A DNA stretch of 64,000 nucleotides from Polyangiales bacterium (GCA_041389885.1 JAWKRB010000006.1:259101-323100), one strand, 5' to 3'; counted from the stretch's first letter, positions 28,994-38,429 are shown. The notes: a model not told the origin generated them from the sequence alone. Made by a program: numbers and translations.

Positions 28994-30097
28994 GTGATGC
29001 GGGCCTGCGACGAGTACATGTCCCTGGTGCTCGAGGAGCGCCTCGCGCAGCTCTCACAGCGCGTGGGCGCCGACCCGCGCCGCTTCGACGGCAGCGGCTT
29101 CGTGCCCGGCGTGCGCGGCCAGATCGTGGCGCTCGCGGAGCAGGAGCGGGTCTACCGCGCGCGCTACGGCTACCTCACCCTCGACGAGGGCTCGGCGCGC
29201 GGGGAGACCGACGCGTTTCAGCGCTCGCAGGGGGTGGTGGGCGCCGGGGAGTACTTCACCTACCGCGCCTCGCTGCTGAAGAAGCACGTGCAGCAGGCGC
29301 TCTACCTCGACGTGCGCGGATCGCGCGGAGACACGTACATTCGCAACGCGGTGAGCGCCGTCGGCGCCGCGCTGGCCGCGATCTGGGCCCTCGCCGCGCA
29401 GGTCCCGACGCAGATCGCGGGCCTGCCGACCCGAACGCAGTTCGCGCTCTTCGGCGGCGCGGTGCTCGCATACGTCATGAAGGACCGGATCAAGGCCAAC
29501 ACCAGCGAGTTTCTGCTCAAGCGCGCCCGCACCTTCGACCACGTCTCGTGGGTGCGCGGCGAGAGCCTGGGCGAGCTGGGCCTGGGCTCGCTCAAGGTGA
29601 AGGTCTCGGAGGCCGTGCGCTTCGTGAGCGTCGACGCCCTCGAGGCCCCCGTGCGGGCGGTGCGCGCTCAGCGGCGCACCGTACGCCACGCGGGCGTCGC
29701 GCAAGAGGAGGTGATTCACTACCGCAAGCGCATCGCCTCGGCGGGCCGCGCGGGGCAGGCGGCGGCGCCGGAGGGGTACCGGCTGCGCGACCTGCTGCGC
29801 ATCAACATCCGGCACTTTCTCATTCGCCTCGACGACCCCGAGGACCGGGTCGACTACTACGACCTCAGCACCCGCACGTTTCGCTCGGCGCTGCTCCCCA
29901 AGGTCTACCACGTGAACCTGGTGATCCGCCTGCGCCGCACCGTGGGGGGCGAGCGGCGGGAGCGCCTCGTTCACCTGCGCATCGTGCTCAACAAGGACCG
30001 CATCGTGCGGTGCGACGAGATTCGCGCCCGCGGCGACGGGCGCGCCCAGGGGGCGAAGGGCGCGAAGGGCGAGAAGGGGGCAAAGAAGAAGGGCTGA
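28994..30097 (+). CDS. Hypothetical protein with a central two-TM hairpin and Lys-rich C-terminus
   Basis: GTG/ATG at 28994/28997. TM segments AVSAVGAALAAIWALAAQV and FALFGGAVLAYVM. C-terminal GAKGAKGEKGAKKKG. No recognised family. Confidence 0.45.
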   Translation: MMRACDEYMSLVLEERLAQLSQRVGADPRRFDGSGFVPGVRGQIVALAEQERVYRARYGYLTLDEGSARGETDAFQRSQGVVGAGEYFTYRASLLKKHVQQALYLDVRGSRGDTYIRNAVSAVGAALAAIWALAAQVPTQIAGLPTRTQFALFGGAVLAYVMKDRIKANTSEFLLKRARTFDHVSWVRGESLGELGLGSLKVKVSEAVRFVSVDALEAPVRAVRAQRRTVRHAGVAQEEVIHYRKRIASAGRAGQAAAPEGYRLRDLLRINIRHFLIRLDDPEDRVDYYDLSTRTFRSALLPKVYHVNLVIRLRRTVGGERRERLVHLRIVLNKDRIVRCDEIRARGDGRAQGAKGAKGEKGAKKKG

Positions 30098-30258
30098 GCC
30101 CCGCGGGGCTCAGAGCGTGTCAGATCGGTCTCGCTGGGACGCCGTGGTCGAGGTGCGGGTTCGGCAGGGACGCTCGACCGCCGCGCAAGCGAGAGCGGAC
30201 GACGACGCGCGAAGCAGATCGGCCGCGAGCTGACGGAGAAATCCTCGCCAACAGCCTC

Positions 30259-32405
30259 TCAGTCCTCGGCGTCGGGGACGGTCTCGCCCCGCTCGCGGAG
30301 CCACTTGCGCATCTCGTCCTTGTCGATGGCCTTCTCGAGCGCGGCGGTGCCCTCGATGAGTCCGTCGTCCGCGAGCTTTCGCAGCGCGTCGTCCATGGCG
30401 ATCATCCCGGCCTTCTTGCCCAGCTTGATGAGGCCGCCGATCTGGTGGGTCTTCCCGTCTCGGAGCAGGGAGGACATGGCGGGGTTCGCGAACAAGATCT
30501 CGACCGCCGCGCACCGCCCGCCCCCCTTCTTGCGCAGCAGCTGCTGCGCGACGACGGCCTTCGTCACCGACGCGAGCGTGCCCCGCACGCCGGCCTGCTT
30601 GTCGGCGGGAAAGACGTTGATGATCCGGTCGAGGGTCTTGGCCGCGGAGTTCGTGTGCAGGGTGCCGAAGACGAGCACGCCCGTCTCCGCCGCCGAGAGC
30701 GCCATCGAGATGGTCTCGAGGTCGCGCATCTCCCCCACGAGGATCGCGTCGGGGTCCTCGCGCACCGCGGCGCGGAGCGCGGTGGAGAAAGCTCCGCGAG
30801 TGCGGCCCGACTCGCGCTGGGTCATCAGCGAGCTTGTTGGGGTGCACAGAGTCGATGGGGTCCTCGATGGTCACGAAGTGCACTGCGCCGCGTGGCGTTC
30901 ATCTCGTTGATGATCGCCGAGAGCGTGGTGCTCTTGCCCGAGCCCGTCGGCCCGGTGACCAGCACCAGGCCCGAGCGCATCGACACGATCTGCTTGATCG
31001 CCTCGGGTAGCCCGAGCTGCGCCACCGTCATCAGCTTCGTCGGGATGATCCGAAACACCGCGCCCATGCCCCGCTCCTGCTTGAACAGGTTGACGCGAAA
31101 GCGCGAGAGCCCTGGGACTTCGTAGGCGAAGTCCATGTCGCCAGACGCGAGGTACTCGGCCCAAAGGTGCGGCGGCGCGATCGGCTGCACCAGGCCGCGA
31201 AAGTCGTCGTTGTCGAGGGTGCGGTACCGAATGGGCTCCATGCGACCGCTGAGGCGAAAGATCGGCGGCCGCCCCACGGAGAGGTGCAGGTCGCTCGCGC
31301 CGCGGTCGTTCATGAGCTTCAAGAAGCGGTCGATGCGGTTCTGACCAGGCGCGCCGGGCGCGATGCTCGCCGCGGGCTTCGCCGACTTCGCCGTCGGCGC
31401 GTCGCCCAGCAGGGCGCTGAGCGCCGTAGGGTTCGCCGCGAGGGCCTCGAGGGTCTGCAGCACCTCGGGCGCCAGACGGGGGACCGCGGGCGCGCGTGGC
31501 GAGTCGGCTCCGAACTCCTGGCCGGGCGCCGCGGGCGGGGCCTGCGGAGCGAGGGGCGGGGCCTGCGGAGCCAGGGGCGGGGCCTGCGGTGGAGCCGCGC
31601 GCGGCGGCGTCGGTCGGGGCTCCGCCGCGGGGAGTTCGGGCTCCGTCGGACGCGCGCCCATCGCCACGGGCGGCGGGCGGTCGAAGGCGACCTCGATCTC
31701 CTCGACGGCGCGCGTGGCCTCGGCCACGAAGGTCGGGCTGGGGGGAGGCTTTGAGTCGGGGAGGACGACCCACTCCTGCACGAGGGACATCGGATCGGTC
31801 CACAGCGGTCGAATCGGCCGCTCGGGCGCGTGCGCCTCGATGATCGGAGCCACCTCGACCTCGACCGGCGCCGCGGAGGGGCGGCGCTCCGGCGGGCGTG
31901 AGTCCTTCTCTTCGATGAGGTTCAGCTCCAGGGGCTCGACGTCGTCTGGGATCTGCACCCACGACGTGCGAGTGAAGGTCGGCTCGATCGGGAGCTCCTC
32001 GTGCGCGATGGACGGCGGCGGCACCTGCACCCTCGCGATGACGCTCTCGTCCTTGATGCGCCCCTGGGGCGTCGCGGCGTCGGGAAAGAACACGGGCTCA
32101 GACGGCCGCGGCGGGCGCGCGCTCCCCGGCGCCCCGCGCTCCTCGCGGACACGGGGGCGGACGAACGGCTCCTCCGCCGTCGGGCGCCGCTCGACGCGCT
32201 CCTCGACGACCGGCCGACGTCGGAGTCGATCCTCCGCGCCGGAGGGGATCGAGACACGCTCCTCGACGATGGCCCTCCGAGGCGCCCGGTCGGGCGGCGA
32301 GGGGCGCGCGTCGAACGACTCCGGCGACGGCGCCCCGTCGTCTTCGCGCCTGGGGTCGAGGCCGCGGCTCGGCCTCGCGCCGAGGGGTGGCTTGCTCCCG
32401 CTCAC
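30259..32405 (-). pseudogene. PilT-family (type IV pilus retraction-like) ATPase with ~350-aa Pro/Glu/Arg-rich N-terminal extension; two apparent frameshifts inside the ATPase core (pseudogene or sequencing errors)
   Basis: Frame A gives the N-terminal extension plus ASDLHL...GPTGSGKSTTLSAIINEMNATRR, then garbage. Frame B gives HFVTIEDPIDSVHPNK. Frame C gives LMTQRES...REDPDAILVGEMRDLETI...GTLHTNSAAKTLDRIINVFP to the stop at 30259. The GTG at 32405 overlaps the upstream TGA (GTGA). Confidence 0.5.
31530..31600. repeat. Three imperfect ~21-bp direct repeats (gggcggggcctgcggagc-) encoding (PQAPPLA)n in the PilT-like N-terminal extension
   Basis: Read directly: cgggcggggcctgcggagcgag / gggcggggcctgcggagccag / gggcggggcctgcggtggagc. 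Confidence 0.5.
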
Positions 32406-34849
32406 GACGCCGCCCCCGTGAGCCGGGCCTCGAACTGCTCCTTGTTCTCCGCTCGCATGTAGGCCGTCTCCGCCGTGATGAGCCCGGCGTCCAGCAGGTC
32501 TGCCAGGCTCTGATCGAGCGTCTGCATCCCCTGCGCGCGAGAGATCTGCATCAGGCTCGGGAGCTGGTAGGTCTTGCAGTCGCGAATGAGGGTGCTGACG
32601 TTCATCGAGCCCTTGAGCACCTCGAAGACGGCCACCCGCCCCTTGCCGTCGGCGCGGGGGACGAGCGACTGCGAGACCACGAACTTCAAGCTCTCTGAGA
32701 GCCCCATGCGCACCTGCTGCTGCTCGTCGGGGGGAAAGCTCTCGATGAGCCGGTCGATCGTCGCGACGCAATTGGTGGTGTGCATCGTCGCGATCACGAG
32801 GTGCCCCGTCTCGGCCGCCATGAGCGACATGCGGATCGTCTCGATGTCGCGCATCTCGCCCACCATGATCACGTCGGGGTCCTCGCGGAGCGCCGCGCGC
32901 AGCGCGCGGCTGAAGCTCTCGGTGTTGCGCCCGACCTCGCGCTGATTGACCAGCGACTGCTTCGAGGGGTGCACGAACTCGATGGGGTCCTCGAGCGCGA
33001 TGATGTGGTCGCTCTTGCTCTCGTTCACGAGGTTGATGATCGCCGCGAGGGTCGTGCTCTTGCCGCCGCCCGCGGGGCCCGTCACCAGGATGATCCCCTG
33101 GTGGTAGTCGAGGAGCTGGGTGAGCTGGCCGGGGATGCGGAGGTCGGCGAAGGTCGGCGGGAGGTTCGGGATGCTGCGAAACGACGCGCAGGTGCCCAGC
33201 CGCTGCACGAAGGCGTTCGCGCGGTACCGCCCCACGCCGGGGATGGCGTGGCAGAAGTCGATCTCGCCGTGCTCCTCGAAGGACGCGCGGCGGGTCGGGT
33301 CGAGGATCTCGAGCACCCACTCCCGGGTCGTCTTGGCGTCGAGGGGCGGGTGCTCGACGCGCTCGAGCTGACCGTTGAGCCGAAACCACGGAGGCTCGCC
33401 CACGGTGAGGTGCACGTCCGACGCCCCGCGCTCCCTCGCGTCGGCGAGGAGACGGTCGAGGGGGCGCGAGAGGTCGCCTGAGACCACTGTCGACGTCGCC
33501 GCGTCGAGGCCGGCGCCGGTGTCTCCCTTCGCCCGCAGAATCTCCGCCGCCCGCATGCGCACGTCCTGGCTCGGGTCGCTCTCGACCACCTTGCGGAACA
33601 GCTTCGAGAGCCGCGGGTCGGTCGAGCGCGCGCAGGCCTGGAGCACTTCCATGCGCACCTCCTGCCGGTCGTCGTTGAGCAGCCCCACCAGCGCCCGGAG
33701 CGCCTGCTCCCCGCCGATCACCCCCAGCGCGTCGATGGCCGCCCAGCGCGTGTCCTTGTCGTCGAGCGCCTTCACCAGGTGCGGCGTGACCCGCTCGTCC
33801 TTGAGCTTCGCCAGCGTCTCGCAGGCGGTGATGCGGAGCCACCAGTCCTCGTCGTCGAGGAGCTTCACCACGGGGCCGACGAGCCTCGGGTCCTCGAAGT
33901 GCTCGCAGAGCACCAGCGCCTGCATCCGAATGTCGTCGTCGGGGTGCCCGAGCATCTCCACCGCGGGGCGCAGCACCTCGTCGCCGAAGGTGCGCAGGGT
34001 GTTCAAGATCCGGGTGCGGAGCCAGCCCAGCAGCGTGCGGCAGTGGTGGAGGATCTCCGCGATGACCTCCGAGGGAGAGCCCGTGCTCAGCAGCAGCTCC
34101 ACCGCGGTCCTCCGGATCGAGTCGTCGCCCTCGGAGAGCATCTTGAGCAGCCTCGGGCGAACGCGCGCCGGCATCGCCGCCGCCGCCGCCCGCACGGAGG
34201 TCAGTGCGTGTGAGCGCACCGTCGCGTTGTCGTTCGCGAAGCGGTCGAGCATCACGTCGAGCACCTCTTCAGACGGCGGCAATTGCGCGAGGAGCTCGAT
34301 GACACGCTCGCGCAGCCGGTCCTCGGGGTCGGCTACCAGGCTCATGAGCAGCGGCGCCAGCTGCTCGGGGCTCCGGTCCGCCGCGAGGCGCTGCAGCGCC
34401 GCGACGCGAATCGGCCCGGGGGCCTCGCGAATCGCGCGCTCGGCGAAGGTCGCGCGCGCGTCGCCGCCGAGCTCCAGCGCCACCTCCCAGCCCAGGCGCT
34501 TGCGCATCGCCGAGGCGTCCTTCAGCAGCACCTCGAGGCCCGGACCGACCACCTCGGGGCGAACGCGACCGAGCACCCGCACCGAGAAGGCGCGGGCGGC
34601 GGCGTGCTGCCCCGGCATCTCCCCGAGCAGCGCGGTCACCGCCTTCGCGTCGGCGCGCGACGCGAAGACGGTCGCCGCCGCGTTGCGCACCGTGTTGTCG
34701 CTCATCGAGAGGAGCGGGATCACGTCCGCGGCCCGCACCCCGGCGTCTTCGCGCAGCGAGTCCAGGAGCTGAGCCTTCTCGTCGTCGCTCTTCCACTGCT
34801 GCTGGACGAGCCGTTGCAGCGGCGAGCGTGAGGTGCCGAACAGGGCCAT
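32402..34849 (-). CDS. HEAT-repeat (PBS-lyase-like) domain fused to a complete PilT-type ATPase
   Basis: N-terminal ~450 aa of HEAT-like repeats (…VRMEVLQACARSTDPRL…, DDDIRMQALVLCEHF…). C-terminal ASDVHLTVGEPPWFRLNG...GPAGGGKSTTLAAIINLVN...HIIALEDPIEFVHPSKQSLVNQREVG...REDPDVIMVGEMRDIETI...ATMHTTN. Start set to ATG 34849 to avoid overlapping xerC. Confidence 0.65.
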   Translation of the reverse strand: MALFGTSRSPLQRLVQQQWKSDDEKAQLLDSLREDAGVRAADVIPLLSMSDNTVRNAAATVFASRADAKAVTALLGEMPGQHAAARAFSVRVLGRVRPEVVGPGLEVLLKDASAMRKRLGWEVALELGGDARATFAERAIREAPGPIRVAALQRLAADRSPEQLAPLLMSLVADPEDRLRERVIELLAQLPPSEEVLDVMLDRFANDNATVRSHALTSVRAAAAAMPARVRPRLLKMLSEGDDSIRRTAVELLLSTGSPSEVIAEILHHCRTLLGWLRTRILNTLRTFGDEVLRPAVEMLGHPDDDIRMQALVLCEHFEDPRLVGPVVKLLDDEDWWLRITACETLAKLKDERVTPHLVKALDDKDTRWAAIDALGVIGGEQALRALVGLLNDDRQEVRMEVLQACARSTDPRLSKLFRKVVESDPSQDVRMRAAEILRAKGDTGAGLDAATSTVVSGDLSRPLDRLLADARERGASDVHLTVGEPPWFRLNGQLERVEHPPLDAKTTREWVLEILDPTRRASFEEHGEIDFCHAIPGVGRYRANAFVQRLGTCASFRSIPNLPPTFADLRIPGQLTQLLDYHQGIILVTGPAGGGKSTTLAAIINLVNESKSDHIIALEDPIEFVHPSKQSLVNQREVGRNTESFSRALRAALREDPDVIMVGEMRDIETIRMSLMAAETGHLVIATMHTTNCVATIDRLIESFPPDEQQQVRMGLSESLKFVVSQSLVPRADGKGRVAVFEVLKGSMNVSTLIRDCKTYQLPSLMQISRAQGMQTLDQSLADLLDAGLITAETAYMRAENKEQFEARLTGAAS

Positions 34850-34937
34850 CGCGGCAGTATCCGTCAGGGGCGCGGCCCAGCGAAAGGCTCTCGCGAAGAC
34901 TTTGCGCGCGCGCCTCGGGGACCTACCCTGCGCGGCG

Positions 34938-35918
34938 ATGAGCACGGGGATGGCCGAGGCGCTGAGCGATTTCGAAACCTACCTCGCTCACGAACAGCGC
35001 GCGTCGCCGCGCACCGTCGAGCACTACCTCCGCGACCTGCGCACGCTGGAGACCTTTCTGCAGCGAGGCCGCGACGTCGCGCCGACCCTCGGCGACGTGA
35101 CCCTGCTCGCGCTGCGCGCCTGGCTCGGCGAGCGCGCGAAGGGGCGCGAGGGATCTACGATCGCGCGAAACGTCGCGAGCGTTCGCGCGCTCTTTCGTTG
35201 GGCGCGCAAGACAGGACGGGCCGAGCAAGACCCCTCGGCCACGCTGCGCTCGCCCAAGCTGCGACGCCCCCTCCCAGATCTGCTGTCGGTCCCCGACGCA
35301 GGGCGCCTGATGGAGACGCCGGGCACCCGCAGGATCGCCCGACCGGAGGGGGTGGTGCTCCGCGCCACGAGGGCGCGGATCGCGTTGCGCGACAAGGCGA
35401 TGCTCGAAGTCGTCTACGGGAGCGGGCTCCGTATCTCCGAGGCGGTGGGGCTCTCGCTGAACGACATCTCGCTCTCGCCCCGCGCCGCGCGGGTGCTGGG
35501 CAAGGGCTCGCAGGAGCGGATCGTTCCTCTCGGTCGCTCCTGCGTCGAGGCCCTCGAGGCCTGGCTCGCGGTGCGCCACGAGATGGTCGACCCCCGTACT
35601 GGCGCCCAGGACCCCGACGCGCTCTTTCTCACCCGCGCGGGGAGGCGAATCACGGTGCGGCAGGTTCAGCTCTCCTTCGCGGCCTACGGAGAGCTCGCCA
35701 CGGGCACCCCCGGGGTGCACCCGCACCAGCTCCGGCACGCCTGCGCCACGCACCTCCTCGACGCCGGGGCCGACCTGCGAGCGATTCAAGAGCTCTTAGG
35801 TCACTCGTCGCTCTCGACCACCCAGCGGTACACCCACGTCTCCATGGACCAGGTCATGAAGGTCTACGACGGCGCCCACCCCCTCGCGCGCTCTGCCGCC
35901 GAGGGCGACGATCAGTAG
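34938..35918 (+). CDS. xerC: Tyrosine recombinase XerC/XerD family
   Basis: N-terminal core-binding domain (FETYLAHEQRASPRTVEHYLRDL). Catalytic R...HxxR...Y (LRHACATHLL, TQRYTHV). Alternative start at 34950. Confidence 0.7.
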   Translation: MSTGMAEALSDFETYLAHEQRASPRTVEHYLRDLRTLETFLQRGRDVAPTLGDVTLLALRAWLGERAKGREGSTIARNVASVRALFRWARKTGRAEQDPSATLRSPKLRRPLPDLLSVPDAGRLMETPGTRRIARPEGVVLRATRARIALRDKAMLEVVYGSGLRISEAVGLSLNDISLSPRAARVLGKGSQERIVPLGRSCVEALEAWLAVRHEMVDPRTGAQDPDALFLTRAGRRITVRQVQLSFAAYGELATGTPGVHPHQLRHACATHLLDAGADLRAIQELLGHSSLSTTQRYTHVSMDQVMKVYDGAHPLARSAAEGDDQ

Positions 35919-37195
35919 CCCCGAATCGGGCACGGCCCGAGCGCCACCCGGTGCAGCGTGAGCGACCCGGCCGCGGCGGAGATCAACGCGAGGGTGTCTC
36001 CCCCCACGGTGACCACCGGGCGCCCCGCGCTGCCGTCGTGGTCCTGGACCTCGACGCGGCCTTCCTGCAGGCGCGAGCTCGCGTCGAGGGTGCGCACGCG
36101 CAGCCGCGCCCGGCCCTCTCGCGACACCAGCCACGCGGCGACGACCGAGCCCTCGCCCGCGGGCGCGAGGGCGGGGGTGTCGGCCGACTCGCCCTCCTCC
36201 CGAAGGTCGAGGGCGTCGCCGATCAGGTTGCCCCGCGCCGTCGCCCTGCGAACAAAGACGTGCGACGCGCCCGCGGTGACCTCGCTCCACGCGACGAAGA
36301 AGCCCGAGCCGTCCCAGGCGATGGCGTAGCGACCGCGGGGGTCGATGCCGCCGATGGCATGCGGCGTCAGGCGGTTGAGGGAGCCCAGGGTGTACCCGCG
36401 AGCGTCCATGCGGGCGAACTCCACGCGCAGCACCTCGCTCTGCACGCCGAGCGCGCTGACGCCCCACTGCGACCCCGTCCACACCAGGCCCGTCTCGGCG
36501 AGCGACACGCCGGTCTCAAGCAACATCGCGGGGAACGCCCGGGGCGCGTCGAAGGCGTCGAGCGCCTGCGCGTAGAGCCGCCATCGGCCGACCGAGGTGC
36601 GCGACACCCAGGCGATGCCGAAGCCCTGCGCCGTGCTCTCGATGCGCGGCTGGAGGTCGGTGCGGCGGCGCTCGCGGGTCATGCGCCAGGGGCGCCCCGC
36701 CGCGGTGCCCCGCGCGTCGACGCGGCCCTGGTAGATGTCCTCGGGCTCGCGCAGCCCGCCGCTCCACACGACGACCCAGCTCGTGCCGTTCCAGGTGATC
36801 GCGGGGTCGGCGGCCTGGGTGTGCGTCTCGCTCAGGCGCAGAGGGCTCCCGAGGAGCGCGCCGTTCGCGGCGACCCTCGCGAAGCGCACCATGCGCTCAC
36901 CGTCGACGGTGTCGCCCCAGACCACGCCGAAGTGCGTCCCGCTCCACGCCACCGACACGCCCGCGAGCGCCTCGACGTCGGCGATCGGCGTCGGGGGCGA
37001 GGCCCGCAGCGCGCAGCGTCGGGACGCGTCGAAGCGCGGCGCCGGCGCGTCGACCGCGGGCTCGACGACCCTCCGGTGCGACGCGGGCGCGCGGCGGTCG
37101 CAGCCCGGCCCGGCCGACAGCGTCAGCAGCGCGAGCGCTGCGCACGAGCCGGCGCGGCGGGGGCGGGGGCGGGCCCTGTTGCGTGGTGCGGTCAT
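35912..37195 (-). CDS. Secreted W-x-G repeat (beta-propeller-like) protein, paralogue of 20049..21470
   Basis: ATG at 37195. Repeats VAWSGTHFGVVWGD / ITWNGTSWVVVWSGG / QGFGIAWVSR / LVWTGSQWGVSALG / IAWDGSGFFVAWSEV. Signal-like N-terminus. Confidence 0.5.
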   Translation of the reverse strand: MTAPRNRARPRPRRAGSCAALALLTLSAGPGCDRRAPASHRRVVEPAVDAPAPRFDASRRCALRASPPTPIADVEALAGVSVAWSGTHFGVVWGDTVDGERMVRFARVAANGALLGSPLRLSETHTQAADPAITWNGTSWVVVWSGGLREPEDIYQGRVDARGTAAGRPWRMTRERRRTDLQPRIESTAQGFGIAWVSRTSVGRWRLYAQALDAFDAPRAFPAMLLETGVSLAETGLVWTGSQWGVSALGVQSEVLRVEFARMDARGYTLGSLNRLTPHAIGGIDPRGRYAIAWDGSGFFVAWSEVTAGASHVFVRRATARGNLIGDALDLREEGESADTPALAPAGEGSVVAAWLVSREGRARLRVRTLDASSRLQEGRVEVQDHDGSAGRPVVTVGGDTLALISAAAGSLTLHRVALGPCPIRGY

Positions 37196-37228
37196 CGCGG
37201 CGAACGCCCGTGGTGTATACGATCGCTC

Positions 37229-37576
37229 ATGCCGACGCGTGAACGATATGTGTGGGTGTGCACCAACCGCCGCCCCGATGGTCACCCCAAGGGGTCCTGC
37301 GGCGAGCGCGGCGCCGAGTCGCTGAAGGACGCGCTGAAGATCGCCTGCGCCAAGGCGGGCCTCGCGCCCCGGGTTCGGGTGATGCACTCCGGGTGCATCG
37401 ACCTGTGCGAGCGCGGCGTCGCCGTCGCGGTGATGCCCGACGACGCGCTGCTGGGAGGGGTGACCCTCGACGACGTCCCCGAGCTCGTCACGGCGCTCGC
37501 GGAGGGCGGCGTGCGGGCGTCGGCGGCGATGCGTGGACGCTCGATCCGCGACGAGGACCCGGGCTCGGGGACATGA
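37229..37576 (+). CDS. Thioredoxin-like [2Fe-2S] ferredoxin-family protein
   Basis: Four Cys with the spacing C-x13-C-x~32-C-x3-C (VWVCTN...GSCGE...SGCIDLCE). Confidence 0.55.
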   Translation: MPTRERYVWVCTNRRPDGHPKGSCGERGAESLKDALKIACAKAGLAPRVRVMHSGCIDLCERGVAVAVMPDDALLGGVTLDDVPELVTALAEGGVRASAAMRGRSIRDEDPGSGT

Positions 37577-38406
37577 GGGCCGCGCTCGCCGCCGCGGTGC
37601 TGTTTGGGTGCGCCTCGCGCCCCCTCCCGCGCGCGTCGGAGCCCGCGCCATCGCGGGCGCCGCTCGACGAGGCCGCAGCCCGGCGCGAGCTCACCGCGCT
37701 CGCGACCTCCCTCGTGGGCGAGAGCCCCGCGGCGCGCGCGGCGGCGAGGGAGCTCGGGGTCGCCCTCGAGGACGCCTCCGGCGAGACGAACCTCGCGGGC
37801 GAGCGAGAGGCCGACGACCAGGTGCGCGGCGCGGAGCTCGTGGTGTGCGCCGGGGGCGTCGGCGCCCTGCTCGTGACGACGCGCTGCGGCAACGCGCAGC
37901 TGGTGTCGCTCCGACGCACCGACCGCTGGCGCGTCGCGCGCAGGGTCGCGCTCATCGACGAGGCGAGGCTGGGCGCGTGCCTGCTGAGCGCCGCACGCGC
38001 CGAGCCCGCCGCGGTGATGGGCGCCGCGGCGACGGAGATCCTCGCGGCCTGGAGCGCCGAGCGCGAGGACGGCGACAGCGAGCGCGCGACGGTCTTCGGC
38101 GTGTTTCGCGTCGACGCCGAGGGCGGGCTGGTCGACCTCACCGGGCGCGTGCCCTTCGGGGGGGAGGACGACGCGACCGGCGCCGCGCGCGAAGGGCGCT
38201 GGTTCGTCGACGACGTGCTGCCCCCGCCGAGGGACGTCGTGCTCGAGATCCGACCCGCGCGCCGTGGCGTCGACGGCGTCGCGCTCACCCAGATCGAGCG
38301 CCAGGTCTGGAGGCCCTCGGGGCACAGGCTCGTTCGGGTGCTCGCGGAGTCTACCCCGATGCAGCCCCCCGCGACGTCGTCGACGCGCCTCGCGCCGTCG
38401 CCCTGA
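37573..38406 (+). CDS. Hypothetical lipoprotein
   Basis: ATGA coupling with the upstream gene. Signal plus lipobox LFGCAS. No recognised domain. Confidence 0.45.
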   Translation: MRAALAAAVLFGCASRPLPRASEPAPSRAPLDEAAARRELTALATSLVGESPAARAAARELGVALEDASGETNLAGEREADDQVRGAELVVCAGGVGALLVTTRCGNAQLVSLRRTDRWRVARRVALIDEARLGACLLSAARAEPAAVMGAAATEILAAWSAEREDGDSERATVFGVFRVDAEGGLVDLTGRVPFGGEDDATGAAREGRWFVDDVLPPPRDVVLEIRPARRGVDGVALTQIERQVWRPSGHRLVRVLAESTPMQPPATSSTRLAPSP

Positions 38407-38429
38407 GTTGCTATAAACCCCTGTCGACC

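Noticed and set aside
30110-30883. 257-aa ORF starting MHFVTIEDPIDSV...
   Set aside because: Only its first ~16 residues are real; they are the middle frame of the frameshifted PilT-like gene. The remainder is out-of-frame Arg/Pro/Gly-rich nonsense.
34938-35918. XerC as evidence of an integrative mobile element
   Set aside because: No phage, IS, conjugation or tRNA genes flank it. Both neighbours are ordinary chromosomal genes.
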